Below are positions 55,733-64,000 of a DNA stretch of 64,000 nt, in pieces (position 1 is the stretch's first letter; every line of letters begins with the position of its first letter). The translations under genes were made by a program, and so were the position numbers. Location of the stretch: IMG/VR virus record IMGVR_UViG_3300025646_005470; one strand, given 5' to 3'. The notes under the pieces are model-generated. The model searched no databases and was not told the origin of the DNA. It saw only the letters and a program-made list of their open reading frames with translations. Source of the stretch: a virus.

Positions 55733-56671
55733 TTACGCACTAACTTCTGTAGTTGTTGAGAACGTTGGGTTAGCAACTTGTACATAAGAGGCGTTGTCCG
55801 CTCTTAGTGTAGTAATTGTGCTAGTTAACGTACCATCAACTGCATCAGTACCAGTCCAACCAGCACCTTCGTTTGGAGCAGTACCTAAACCGCCACCAGT
55901 GTATGTACCAGTTGCCGCCGCGTGGTCATCATTAAATTGAACTTCAAATGTAATAACAGTTGCTGAACCGTAGGCCGCATTGGCTTTTGCTAAAATTGTC
56001 CAATCGTTTGCTGAGTATGAACCAGAACCAGTTGCTGTAAAGATTTGTTGATTTGTAATTGTTAAATCATCAAAACCTACTGCCGCCGCTGTTCCACCTG
56101 AACCTGTATATGTTGTTGCACCTTCGGCAAATTTTACTGTACCTGCATTTGATAACAAGTTAGTCCAGTTAGTGTTTTGATCTGTTGAAGAACCACCCGA
56201 ACGTGATCCAGCAAATCTAATTTCACCACCTGAGTTAAAAAAGTGTCTTGCCGCGTTTGCTGATGCAAACGTTACTGTAAAGATGTGCTTAACTGTGCCT
56301 CCCCAAGAAGTTGCTCTTGTTGAAGTTACACCAGTGTCAGTTGCCATATTCGCCGCATTTGCTGTTAGTTTGTTAGTTGTAATTGTTGTGATATCTGTCT
56401 CTAAGTTAGATAACGGAAGGATGTTACCGCCTTGTGTCACTGTATTCGACGCATTAGTAATTGTTGAACCTTGATGGTTTGCCGCTTTTTGCAAACCTGC
56501 AAGTAAACTATTCCATTGTGCCGCAGTAATTGTGTCACCTGCTGAGATCGTCGCGATTTCACTCAACCCGTAACCACTATCACCAGAGCCAGTACCAATA
56601 ATTGTGTTTACATTACCAGCGAATGTGTTATATTCACTAGTTGTAATTGTATCACCTTGTTGGTATGCCAT
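55733..56671 (-). CDS. Virion structural protein (short-fibre or baseplate-associated)
   Basis: T/S/G/N-rich, ARHFFNSGGEIRF motif; late structural context. Confidence 0.65.
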   Translation of the reverse strand: MAYQQGDTITTSEYNTFAGNVNTIIGTGSGDSGYGLSEIATISAGDTITAAQWNSLLAGLQKAANHQGSTITNASNTVTQGGNILPLSNLETDITTITTNKLTANAANMATDTGVTSTRATSWGGTVKHIFTVTFASANAARHFFNSGGEIRFAGSRSGGSSTDQNTNWTNLLSNAGTVKFAEGATTYTGSGGTAAAVGFDDLTITNQQIFTATGSGSYSANDWTILAKANAAYGSATVITFEVQFNDDHAAATGTYTGGGLGTAPNEGAGWTGTDAVDGTLTSTITTLRADNASYVQVANPTFSTTTEVSA

Positions 56672-56798
56672 ATTTATTTTTCTCCTATTGCAATAGTATT
56701 GTTAGCTTTTTTTATAGTCTTGCAAGGACTTTTCTTGTTTGCATTTGACATACAAACAAAACTTGTAAATGCTGTATTTATTATTAAGTTCATAAATC

Positions 56799-57875
56799 TT
56801 ATCCGTATACAGCCAGTTTGTTAAATGTTCTCCAACCTGCACCATTATACATTAATGAAAGTTGTTGTGCAGTTTGATTTAATGTTAAATCTGATGTTGC
56901 ACCGTCAATGGTGTTACCATTTCTAGAAACTGTACAAGAATTTGTACCCCACTGATGATGTGAATCAACTACCGTTACTACATCGCCTGCACTCGGCGCC
57001 GCTGGTAACGTAACTGTTACTGGGCCTGCTGTTGTATTAACACCCAATTGTGTACCAACACTTCCTGAACCAACAGTTGATGATGTTGATATAATTTGAA
57101 AATTTCTTGCTGAGTTAACGATAACTGTTTGACCCGCAGTACTTAAACTGTCTGCTTCAACACCTTCAGAGACTAAATTATCTTGAACGTTAGCACCACG
57201 TATTAGTGTACCTTGTGTTGATATTTCTGTTGATGAAACTGTAATATTTGCAGTAAATGTATCATAAATTGCTTGTTCTACTGAACCTGGATTACTTGGA
57301 TTAGCAAAACTAAAATGTGCTGGTGACCAAACTTGAATTACATCTTTTGTTGTGCCGTCTCCTTTAGTTAAAACTTGTGCAATAACTTCAATTGAATCTG
57401 ATGCTGAATAACCGTTTGCATTTGAGACATTGTCGTCAACTTGCGTTGCTGTTAAACTAATAACTTCAGAAGATGAACTTTCTGATGCTACTGCTAATTG
57501 TTTATAGCCACTGCCTGTACCATCTGAATTAACATTTAGTTGTCCTGTTGTAGTGTTAAACCATAATGCACCGATTGTTGTTGTGTGTGGATATGTTGCA
57601 CCTACGTGTACAGTCATTGGGTGCCATTGTGTTGATGAATTATAAACTTTTAATGATTGATTTGTTGTATCCCACCAAAGTTGTCCTTCTAGCGGACTAG
57701 TTGGTGCTGAAGCATTAGCACTGTTTTCTAAAATTTTTACAAAATCTTCTGCGATAAGCTCACCATATCCTGTATAGTTTTTACCAATAAGTGTAATACC
57801 ACCAACTGATGCTGTTGTACCATTATTAACAGTTGAAACAACTGATCCTCTGGTATTATTTACTGTATATGACAT
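56799..57875 (-). CDS. Fibre-like virion protein
   Basis: LIGKNYTGYGE...LENSA....P.SPLEGQLWWD; C-terminal VTLPAAPSAGDVVTVVD...GNTIDG module. Confidence 0.7.
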   Translation of the reverse strand: MSYTVNNTRGSVVSTVNNGTTASVGGITLIGKNYTGYGELIAEDFVKILENSANASAPTSPLEGQLWWDTTNQSLKVYNSSTQWHPMTVHVGATYPHTTTIGALWFNTTTGQLNVNSDGTGSGYKQLAVASESSSSEVISLTATQVDDNVSNANGYSASDSIEVIAQVLTKGDGTTKDVIQVWSPAHFSFANPSNPGSVEQAIYDTFTANITVSSTEISTQGTLIRGANVQDNLVSEGVEADSLSTAGQTVIVNSARNFQIISTSSTVGSGSVGTQLGVNTTAGPVTVTLPAAPSAGDVVTVVDSHHQWGTNSCTVSRNGNTIDGATSDLTLNQTAQQLSLMYNGAGWRTFNKLAVYG

Positions 57876-57964
57876 AGTGTCGCTCTCCTTATATTGTAGT
57901 ACAATATATACTACTTAGTTTATATTTATAATAATATTACAATTTGAGTACAAAAAGCAAGAAA

Positions 57965-58609
57965 TTATTGTAGTTGAACTCTAATTGTGTATACAATTTC
58001 AATAACCCTGTTCAAACTCTTTTGTACAGGGTGAAAAATCACATGGGTAAGCAAATATTCACTGCTAATACCATTAGAATTGTATGCATAAATTCCTAGT
58101 TCATCAAATATATAATCTGTTGATGAATCTGATGTTGCTGTGTCAGATGTTGCTTGAGCTGATGGCTCACCAAAATCTAACGTACATGTTATCTGTAAAT
58201 CTGTGTATGAACTCGAACTTGTAACAATACTAACATTGTTTTTGCTATCAGTGGTTGCACTTTGACCAATTAGTTTTTCATAAGTTTTGTTGTACAAACC
58301 TGCTGAATCATCTCTAATTGTACCTGTGTTTGTGGTTTTATAGTTGATTGCTCCAGTGTTTAGTACATCTGAACCACCATTACCAAATGCCATATGATAG
58401 ATGCCATTGTTTTCTGTTTGCCAATAAGATAGTGCATTTGCTATAACAAACGCCATGTTACCAAAGTGGATTGCGTTGCGTTTGTTTACTAGTTCTTCGC
58501 CAGTTTCAGCATCTCGAATCAGCAAGTGTCCTTGCATTTTTACTCTAGCACCTTCATCTACGTGCTGGTCTTGTTGCTTGTCTGTTTCTTTGTTCATGTG
58601 TTTTTCCAT
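57965..58609 (-). CDS. Baseplate wedge-like structural protein
   Basis: GHLLIRD..TGE.LVNKRNAIH, IFDELGI, LLTHVIFHPVQKSLNR.IEIVYTIRVQ; position among baseplate and fibre genes. Confidence 0.6.
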   Translation of the reverse strand: MEKHMNKETDKQQDQHVDEGARVKMQGHLLIRDAETGEELVNKRNAIHFGNMAFVIANALSYWQTENNGIYHMAFGNGGSDVLNTGAINYKTTNTGTIRDDSAGLYNKTYEKLIGQSATTDSKNNVSIVTSSSSYTDLQITCTLDFGEPSAQATSDTATSDSSTDYIFDELGIYAYNSNGISSEYLLTHVIFHPVQKSLNRVIEIVYTIRVQLQ

Positions 58610-58642
58610 ATTAACTTATATTATATTTATGTATTTTATAAA

Positions 58643-59653
58643 CTACCCATATATTGCTGTGTTGAAACCCATATATGTTACCCACCCTGATCCGTTCCAT
58701 AATAATCCAACACTTTGACCACTAGTAGCAAGTATTAGATTTGATGCTACTCCGTTAATGGTGTTACCATTTCTACCAATTGTTAAGTTGTTTGTACCAA
58801 AGTAATGCCCAGCATCAATAATCAATATTGATTGACCTGTAGCCGCAGTTGACGGCAATGTTACTGTTAATGGTGAACTGTTTGTATTAAATGCATACTG
58901 TTCACCAGCAGTCATAGTAATACCAGTACTACTAACATTAAATGATTTTTGAGGATCAATTTGCCATTTAAAACTTGTAGATGGATGATCGTAATATAAA
59001 ACTTTTCCGTTATCTGCAGAGGTAACTGCCGCAACGTCTGTGAGTGCTGTTAGTGTTGCAGTAAATGAATCTGCTTTCCATTTGAAACTTGTTGTTGAGT
59101 GATCATAGTATAACACTTTACCATCATCGCCTGCTACTACATTATCAACATTTGCAAGTGTTGTTAAACTTGCATTACCAATTCTAGTGTCCGCTCTTGC
59201 ATTAGTAAAATATAAATTTGTAGAACCTTCTGATAAACTGTCTGTGTTTAGAGCACTAATTCTTGCATCTACTCTTGCATCAGTATAATACAGTCTTGAA
59301 CCTTCTGATAAATTAGTTGTTGACTTTGTAGCCAGTCTTGTATCAAAATCTGCGTTAGCTCTTGAACTTGTATAGTATAATTTTGTTGGTCCTTCAGCAA
59401 TATCATCTGACGTTTTTGTTGCAAGTAAACTTGTAAAATTAGAACTAAACCCGCCTGATAAATCACCTGATGTAAGTGCTTTAAGTTCTATTTTACCAGT
59501 TGAGTTATTATAAAATAAAAATTTACCATCGTTGCTACCTATCCATTGTGATTGTGAAAATTTATCACGGAATGTGGTGTAATCAACAAAGTTGTCATCT
59601 AGTTGATCGTATGTTAATGCTGTTCCTATAGTTCTTCTGAGTGTTACTGTCAT
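58643..59653 (-). CDS. Fibre-like virion protein with NLSEG..LYYT repeats
   Basis: Three ~25-aa repeats, two DGKVLYYDH units, and a C-terminal TVTLPS...GNTING module. Confidence 0.75.
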   Translation of the reverse strand: MTVTLRRTIGTALTYDQLDDNFVDYTTFRDKFSQSQWIGSNDGKFLFYNNSTGKIELKALTSGDLSGGFSSNFTSLLATKTSDDIAEGPTKLYYTSSRANADFDTRLATKSTTNLSEGSRLYYTDARVDARISALNTDSLSEGSTNLYFTNARADTRIGNASLTTLANVDNVVAGDDGKVLYYDHSTTSFKWKADSFTATLTALTDVAAVTSADNGKVLYYDHPSTSFKWQIDPQKSFNVSSTGITMTAGEQYAFNTNSSPLTVTLPSTAATGQSILIIDAGHYFGTNNLTIGRNGNTINGVASNLILATSGQSVGLLWNGSGWVTYMGFNTAIYG

Positions 59654-60198
59654 TATCTAGTTCTCCAAGTTGTACCATCATAAATTGCTGTTAGTACTCC
59701 ACCGGTTGGATTTGAACTAACTGTAAGATTACTTGTTGCACCATCTATAGTATTTCCATTTCTTCCTAATATTAAGTTATTAGTAGCAAATGACGTTGCT
59801 CCATATGTAAATTCAATTGTGTCTCCGGAATTTGGTGATGCTGGTAATGTTGCAGTTACTTGACCACTAGTGGTATCAACAAGATATCTAGTAGCCACAC
59901 CTGCATTAAAGTCTGCTGTTTGTACTGAAAAACTATTTGATGCTGGATCACCGGCAAATAAAGCATTAACAAAAGATTTGTCAACAACTGCTGTAATCCT
60001 TACATCGATTTCTGTTGTTAATGATTTAACTTCAACTGCTGAATTTGAATCATTCCAGTATAATACAAGACCATTGTTACCTGTTGTAAATGTGGTTGTA
60101 TCGAACAATGCTTTAAATGTTTCATAATCAGTAAAATTACCATCAAGTTCTATATGGCTTAGTGCTGATCCTTTAACTAATCTCTTTGTAATCGTCAT
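59653..60198 (-). CDS. Small fibre-like virion protein
   Basis: N-terminus parallels the next gene (R..G.AL...LD.NF.DY.TF); C-terminal ATLPASPNSGD...GNTIDG module. Confidence 0.7.
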   Translation of the reverse strand: MTITKRLVKGSALSHIELDGNFTDYETFKALFDTTTFTTGNNGLVLYWNDSNSAVEVKSLTTEIDVRITAVVDKSFVNALFAGDPASNSFSVQTADFNAGVATRYLVDTTSGQVTATLPASPNSGDTIEFTYGATSFATNNLILGRNGNTIDGATSNLTVSSNPTGGVLTAIYDGTTWRTR

Positions 60199-60224
60199 AA
60201 TTTCTACCTATTCCTTAATATTTA

Positions 60225-63200
60225 TCATTCCACATAATCTGTATCCATATATGTATCTTGTACATAATCTACTAGATTTTCGTTGTTTGTTAAATAATTA
60301 GCTTGTTCAGTGCTACTATCAGTTAATGTAACACCACTATCATTCCAGAAGCCTTTTGTACCAGCATTTGGTATATGTGTGTTACCACTATATACTTCTG
60401 TTGCGTCAGCATGATCTTGTACAGTAGTACCATGTGTTCCACGAATAATATCGCTCAACACGTTGCCAGTAACTTTACTGTATTCAATTCTTTCTGTGCC
60501 AATCCATATCACACCAGGTTTATCTGTTACAATGTTATCAATTTGATTTACAATTTGTTTTGGTGTTGGTAATTTAGTTGCATCAGTTACTGTAATTATG
60601 TTTGATGCTTTGTATATTGCACCGTTTAATGTTGTATGGTCATCAGTTGAATCTGCTGTATCATCATCTACAAACTTATCTCTTAGATATTCTACAGTTC
60701 CGTATGGTGCATAGTGTACTTTGTATTGTATAAAGTCACCACTGCCAACATAATTTGGAGAAGAACCTGTAACACCATCATATGATTTAACAGTGATCAT
60801 TAATGACTCTTTTGGAGTAACTGGTGCAAGTTCTTCTGGATAAGGATCATGTTGCGGTCTTGCAAATCCTGCCGAGTCAAGTTGTGATTGTACCAATATC
60901 CATTTACCTGCATCATAGTCAGTTTCAAAACCTGTTGCTGAATTTGTAGAAGTATGATTAACATTTGTATAATAAATTAAATCAGTAATCAAATCCCAAC
61001 GTGAAGTTTGTAGTGTTGTTTCACTTGCTAAATTTTTGTGGGTGACATTTGCTACATAAACTTTGTCATTGTGTTTAACAATATCACCTACTGTGTAACT
61101 TGTTGCTACATCCCATGCATCTATGTGAGACAAATCAGTATGCTTGACAAAAGTATTTTTTGTGTATGAAACATTTTTAGCCCAAACATTTGACTGTTGA
61201 ACAAATTTTGAATCATACCAATTTTGCACTGTGTCAAAATCATATCTCATAGTAGGATTTGTGCCAACTGCTGTTGCATCCCAATCTAAACTGTCCCAAG
61301 CAAAAAATGTTAGTTCTTGACCAATTCTGTCTCTGTTAACTTTAAACCCAATTGGTTGAATATCTAAATCTTTGTAATAACCAATTTTATCAGCAAGTGT
61401 TGACACAAAAGAACTTACTGCCGATGCGTTTGCTGTATCAAGTGCGGCAAGTTCTGTTGAGTAATAATATTTTGCTAGTCTATCAACATGTGTTGTAGTT
61501 GGTGTTGATGATTTAACTGCATTAATTTTTGTAACATCTGAGGCTTCAGTAGTTGGTTCAAAGTTCGTATGTTGCCATTTACCTGATTCTACGTCATCAA
61601 CAAATGTTCCAGCAGTGTGATTTTCAGTACACTGCCAATAACCACCATTGTATTTTACTTTAGTTCCTGCTGTGTAAGTTGCAGAAGTTGTCCAATTATT
61701 GATAACATTTACACCCGGGGACACTAAAGTTATAGATGTACTTACTCTATCAAATACTAGTTTTGTATTAACTTTTGGTGTTGGGTTTGTTGTACCGGTA
61801 CCATTTGAACTTAATATATAATCACTTGAGTTTGTAAAGTCACTCATTGCCATATTAGCATTTTCTCTTACAGGAGATTTTTTACTTAAAAAATTTCTAA
61901 TCTTAGAACGATATGGTTTTGCTTCTTCAATATATGATTTAATATCATTAAACGGATCTTTTTCAAAAGATGCTTTTTGTGTCAATGCTGTGTCTTGTTG
62001 TATTACATTCATGTATGTTGACTTAAACAACCAATCAACATGTGTTTGTTCACTATTAACATATCTAATCATAGCAAACAACAATTGGTTTTGATATTTT
62101 AAGTTTTGTGCAATTAACACATTGTCTTTTAGTGCTTTAATATAAGCACGAAGTTCTGTAGCCATTGCAGTTGAGTCTGATTCTGTATATACTGTTGTTT
62201 TTAATTTTGCTGTTGCAGTTTGTAAACCAATTCTTACTAGTGATAAATTTGTAGAATCATATGTTGTTGTAGTTCCTGCAAGATAATCTGCATCAGTATA
62301 TTGCCACAATTCCCATTTAGAATTATAACCATTGTTAACTTTTATTATATCATTTTCAGATAATACACTTGTATCTATATCAACATAGTAATCTACAATA
62401 CGATCTATAATAGTATTATCACTGTATGAGGTATTATAATACCAATTTGTTTTTTCATAATAATTTGCAGTTGTTAGTGTATTATCCCATCCAAAGTGAT
62501 TTACATCAAGATTTATTGATGTTGTTATAGAATTTAGTGCTTCATATAAAACTTTTCTTGCATTTTTAGAATTAGTAAACCAACTTTGTCTTGGTCTTAC
62601 TTTATTACCATATCTATCATTTAACGATAATGAAGTATCAGGAACTGTTGCGCCAGTTTGATCATAACCAACTAAACTGTCAACCATTTTATTCCAAATT
62701 TGATTTTGGATTGGAGAACTTGGATAGTCTTCTTTGATCAATAGCCACTGTGCATGTTTAGAATTTGTTTTATCATCGCCATTGCGTTTTCTATAGTTTA
62801 ATTGTAGTACTGTATTTTCTTTTGTAGTATAATCTAATACATTTGCAATTGAAATAGCGTTTTGTGAAATTGGTGCAAAATAATTTAATCCTTGCGTGAT
62901 TGGAGATGTAATAACATTTGCCACTGTTGCTGTATCGTTAGTTCTACCCTCTAATGATGGAACTGTGGTTACATTTTTAACCCAATAGTAATATGTAGTA
63001 GTTGTTGTTTGTGTTGATGAATTAGTTACAACTTTAGTTGAATATTCTGTTGTTGACTTAACTGTGCCTGTACCTAAATAATTTGTTGGTGGTTGTGATG
63101 ATGACACCCATTCATAAATGTCTACTGTTGCCCCTGGAAATAATCTACCCCAGTACGTTCTACGATATGCATTATCATGTGATTCATAATCAATATATCT

Positions 63201-64000
63201 TGCTGTTGATAAATCCCACCAAACTTGTCCAACATGTTTATCAGTCCATGGTTTGCTTGTACTGATTTGATTTGTGTCAGAATGATTGTTATACACTGCT
63301 GGATCTATTTCTGATTTATATTCTATTTCTCTATCAGCGTTAGGTGGTAATATACCTTTTGCAGGATCATAAGGTACAAGTGTTAAACTAACATTGTTTG
63401 TTCTATCATCATATAATACTGCTTGTTCAAACTGTTCTGTAATAATTTTATCTGACTGTCTACGTTTTGTACTTGCAAAATAACTTGCTGTAGTTTGAGT
63501 AGCATCATCATAATCAACACCACTGTGTAATATCCATGTTCCGCCATATGCTGGAGATACTGCTGTGCTTTCCGTACCACGTATGGTATTATATGTTGAC
63601 ATGATTGTTGCATTTGCAGTGTATCTATAAACTCCCCACTTACCAGTTGAATCATCATCTAACCAAACAAGATCCCCTTCAGACCATACTGCCGAGTTTA
63701 ACCCTGTGCCAGTTAAAAAGTTTTGTAATGTTCCACTTACAGTAGTAGATATCATAGAACTATCTAACACACTGTTTAGTCTTACGTCTTTCCAATCAAG
63801 CAACTGTATACCACTTGCATTTATTGTTGTGTTATCTGCTGTGGTTACGTATTCTGCTGTCCCATCTGCTTTGGTAATGTCATACTGTTTTGATGTATAG
63901 TTTAGTGTTAGTGTAATAGCACCAGCTGTTGCTGATGATACAGAAACATTTGCTCTTACTGTTACATTTGCATTATCTGTTACTGAACCACTTGCTGAAA
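60225..64000 (-). CDS. Very large baseplate wedge-like protein (gp7-like); 5' end lies beyond the window
   Basis: The frame of track ORF 60225..63803 stays open to 63998 (SASGSVTDNANV...GIQLLDWK); C-terminal GVIWIGTERIEY...IIRGTHGT. Confidence 0.7.
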   Translation of the reverse strand, partial: SASGSVTDNANVTVRANVSVSSATAGAITLTLNYTSKQYDITKADGTAEYVTTADNTTINASGIQLLDWKDVRLNSVLDSSMISTTVSGTLQNFLTGTGLNSAVWSEGDLVWLDDDSTGKWGVYRYTANATIMSTYNTIRGTESTAVSPAYGGTWILHSGVDYDDATQTTASYFASTKRRQSDKIITEQFEQAVLYDDRTNNVSLTLVPYDPAKGILPPNADREIEYKSEIDPAVYNNHSDTNQISTSKPWTDKHVGQVWWDLSTARYIDYESHDNAYRRTYWGRLFPGATVDIYEWVSSSQPPTNYLGTGTVKSTTEYSTKVVTNSSTQTTTTTYYYWVKNVTTVPSLEGRTNDTATVANVITSPITQGLNYFAPISQNAISIANVLDYTTKENTVLQLNYRKRNGDDKTNSKHAQWLLIKEDYPSSPIQNQIWNKMVDSLVGYDQTGATVPDTSLSLNDRYGNKVRPRQSWFTNSKNARKVLYEALNSITTSINLDVNHFGWDNTLTTANYYEKTNWYYNTSYSDNTIIDRIVDYYVDIDTSVLSENDIIKVNNGYNSKWELWQYTDADYLAGTTTTYDSTNLSLVRIGLQTATAKLKTTVYTESDSTAMATELRAYIKALKDNVLIAQNLKYQNQLLFAMIRYVNSEQTHVDWLFKSTYMNVIQQDTALTQKASFEKDPFNDIKSYIEEAKPYRSKIRNFLSKKSPVRENANMAMSDFTNSSDYILSSNGTGTTNPTPKVNTKLVFDRVSTSITLVSPGVNVINNWTTSATYTAGTKVKYNGGYWQCTENHTAGTFVDDVESGKWQHTNFEPTTEASDVTKINAVKSSTPTTTHVDRLAKYYYSTELAALDTANASAVSSFVSTLADKIGYYKDLDIQPIGFKVNRDRIGQELTFFAWDSLDWDATAVGTNPTMRYDFDTVQNWYDSKFVQQSNVWAKNVSYTKNTFVKHTDLSHIDAWDVATSYTVGDIVKHNDKVYVANVTHKNLASETTLQTSRWDLITDLIYYTNVNHTSTNSATGFETDYDAGKWILVQSQLDSAGFARPQHDPYPEELAPVTPKESLMITVKSYDGVTGSSPNYVGSGDFIQYKVHYAPYGTVEYLRDKFVDDDTADSTDDHTTLNGAIYKASNIITVTDATKLPTPKQIVNQIDNIVTDKPGVIWIGTERIEYSKVTGNVLSDIIRGTHGTTVQDHADATEVYSGNTHIPNAGTKGFWNDSGVTLTDSSTEQANYLTNNENLVDYVQDTYMDTDYVE

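Noticed and set aside
830-63900. Numerous short ORFs in the track overlapping long genes (e.g. 865..1119, 9420..9989, 19830..20273, 23517..23858, 35371..35781)
   Set aside because: Antisense or off-frame shadows of well-supported genes, with no RBS, promoter or recognisable motifs.
1-64000. Stop-codon reassignment as in some large phages
   Set aside because: Core genes are full-length in code 11, and TAA, TAG and TGA all act as stops, including ATGA overlaps.

Overview
The window is a 64-kb segment of a large AT-rich T4-like (contractile-tailed) dsDNA phage, read in the standard genetic code. It holds most of the morphogenesis module. Head genes: large terminase (cut by the left edge), a putative small terminase, gp4, portal, protease, scaffold and major capsid. 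Neck and tail genes: gp13/14/15, sheath, tube, tape-measure-like protein, gp26, a gp54/53/27/5-like baseplate block, fibre-like proteins and a very large wedge-like protein cut by the right edge. It also encodes the late sigma factor gp55, gp46/47, a Holliday-junction resolvase-like nuclease, dNMP kinase, a NUDIX hydrolase and an HNH protein. Gene order and the extended gp14/gp55 forms resemble large GAP32/RAK2-like lineages (inference from memory, not a database result). A 17-kDa-antigen-type lipoprotein weakly suggests a proteobacterial, possibly alphaproteobacterial, host. Main leads: (1) a canonical T TTT TTC -1 slippery site joining gp26 to a start-less downstream frame, a G/GT-like chaperone pair beside the tape-measure gene; (2) a ~450-nt ORF-free, hairpin-dense unit with its own sigma70 promoter, a candidate large structured ncRNA; (3) a ~10-kb coupled cluster of radical SAM, glycosyltransferase, sulfotransferase and methyltransferase genes, plus a satellite pair; (4) systematic leaderless genes directly behind TAAATA late promoters; (5) a T4-type capsid-targeting N-terminus, and a module shared between sheath and neck proteins. 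All product calls come from motif recognition only; no searches were run.
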